Below, one piece after another: positions 36,232 through 37,220 of a DNA stretch of 37,220 bases (its first letter is position 1; each line of letters starts with the position of its first letter). The position numbers were made by a program, and so were the translations under genes. Source of the DNA: a virus. Taxonomy: Duplodnaviria; Heunggongvirae; Uroviricota; Caudoviricetes. Below the pieces are notes generated by a model. That model ran no database searches. It saw only the letters and a program-made list of their open reading frames with translations, and had not been told where the DNA came from. The DNA is taken from IMG/VR virus record IMGVR_UViG_2718218102_000005, positions 1 to 37,220 of that record; one strand, given 5' to 3'.

Positions 36232-36651
36232 TTACTCATCATCAATAGATGATACGCAATATTTATTTTTAAATTTAAGGTTCTTTGGCGTAACTTCATC
36301 AGATATATCAAAACCGTCCAGAATTCTATTGAATGTAGCTTCTGGCATATCATCATGAACAGAAATCTCACCCGATCGCTGCTTTCTAACCATGTTATCC
36401 ACTCGCCAAATTATAGCTTCAGCGTAAACAACATAACTTGGATGCTTGATAAAGCGATGATCACCAGAATTCAAGACGCAAGACGGATCGTGGGGGACAC
36501 CATCCTTGATACTAGAAATATTAACAACTAAAACACAATAACAATCGTTAACGGGGTAATAAACAGGATCATTACAAATCACATGAAGATGATTGCATGG
36601 CCCTGTTGGGGCAAGCACAGTTCCTTTCCTGTATGGCTGATAATCCGTCAT
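36232..36651 (-). CDS. Unrecognised 139-aa protein, ATGA-coupled to the Panacea-domain gene (candidate toxin/effector)
   Basis: ATG at 36651 overlaps the upstream stop as ATGA; His/Cys/Asp-rich (CNHLH, DCYC, HDPSC, GDH); visibly AT-rich; no family recognised. Confidence 0.5.
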   Translation of the reverse strand: MTDYQPYRKGTVLAPTGPCNHLHVICNDPVYYPVNDCYCVLVVNISSIKDGVPHDPSCVLNSGDHRFIKHPSYVVYAEAIIWRVDNMVRKQRSGEISVHDDMPEATFNRILDGFDISDEVTPKNLKFKNKYCVSSIDDE

Positions 36652-37220
36652 GATAATTGCAAAGAAAATTCCTTAAGTTTCTGAGATTCTTCCATTTTGC
36701 CAATTATATGATTAGCCTCATCCTCGCTTTTACCCTCACTGATCAGCATTTCTTTCAGATCTATAGGCTTACGGGAATAGCCGGGATCGTGCCACTCTGG
36801 ACAAACGCTTTCTAAATGCGTCATGTTTGCGAGATCAAATCGGTTCATATGCCCATACAGAGAATAGATTTCATCTAAAATCCGGATATCTGCACGGCTC
36901 AACTCATCAAAGACCTCGTCTGCATCCATTTCCCTCGGATCTGAACGCAACAACACATCATGCCCGTTCGTCTCTATCAAGTTGTACCAGTAGTCACCAA
37001 TGCCTTCAGCCTTACCACGAATCAAGTTCAGCGTATTCGACATGACTGGTCCAAATTTCATAGAGTAAAGGCTATCTTCGCCGATCATCCTGCCATGCTT
37101 CAAAATCGACTTGCGGTTAGACAGATAGAGCAGCTTCATCAGTTTCAGATATGCCATGCGCCCACCTCGCTTAAGAAGTAGGTATGCAGCCATTTGAGCT
37201 ACTTTTTCTTCGCAAAACAT
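36648..37220 (-). CDS. Panacea-domain (DUF4065) antitoxin-like protein, possibly 5'-truncated by window edge
   Basis: 190 aa within the window; LKLMKLLYLSNRKSILKHGRMIGEDSLYSMKFGPVMSNT matches the DUF4065/Panacea signature as I recall it (SocA/PanA-like KLQKLLYY...GPV); the ATG at 37220 may or may not be the true start. Confidence 0.55.
   Translation of the reverse strand: MFCEEKVAQMAAYLLLKRGGRMAYLKLMKLLYLSNRKSILKHGRMIGEDSLYSMKFGPVMSNTLNLIRGKAEGIGDYWYNLIETNGHDVLLRSDPREMDADEVFDELSRADIRILDEIYSLYGHMNRFDLANMTHLESVCPEWHDPGYSRKPIDLKEMLISEGKSEDEANHIIGKMEESQKLKEFSLQLS

Noticed and set aside
36144-36371. 75-aa minus-strand track ORF
   Set aside because: Low-complexity hydrophobic translation from AT-rich DNA with no SD; overlapped by the SD-preceded 57-aa ORF (36019-36192) and the end of the 139-aa gene.
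36648-37220. Integrase or att site at the left end of the prophage
   Set aside because: Nothing in the window resembles a tyrosine or serine recombinase or an att core; the integrase is presumably beyond position 37220.

Overview
The window is almost entirely one lambdoid prophage of mosaic type, read by eye and from memory of protein families (no searches were run). From 426 to 28343 nearly everything is on the minus strand: tail-fibre genes and a Mu-like contractile-tail/baseplate module (426-12095), HK97-type head genes with portal, terminase and an HNH endonuclease (12092-19291), a lysis cassette (19797-21608), a Q-type late antiterminator (22096-22848), then DUF968, KilA-N, RusA, a LexA-DNA-binding-domain-only protein, a Dam-like methyltransferase, an O-like replication initiator with internal iterons, and a CII/YdaT-like plus Cro/YdaS-like pair. 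A CI-type repressor (28481-29167, plus strand) diverges from cro across an operator region. The plus-strand early-left operon (29483-35971) starts at a PL/OL-like site and carries a ClpX-zinc-finger-like mini-protein, a strong terminator, a yfdP/Q/R/S-like block, an Ea22-like protein, a DnaQ-like exonuclease and a PrtN-like putative excisionase. A DinI-like gene with two LexA boxes sits at the right end (2-310). No integrase, att site, tRNA or CRISPR array was seen; the integrase is probably beyond 37220. The best candidates for an uncharacterised system are: a Panacea-domain (DUF4065) antitoxin-like gene coupled to an unrecognised 139-aa partner at the left edge (36232-37220, truncated by the window); the standalone ClpX-zinc-finger protein (29483-29704); the LexA-DBD-only protein coupled to Dam and RusA (25107-25433); and two AT-rich morons with their own terminators in the late operon (6683-7177 and 19384-19704). 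Many ORF-track starts are GTG/TTG and over-extended; refined starts are given where an SD and ATG could be read.
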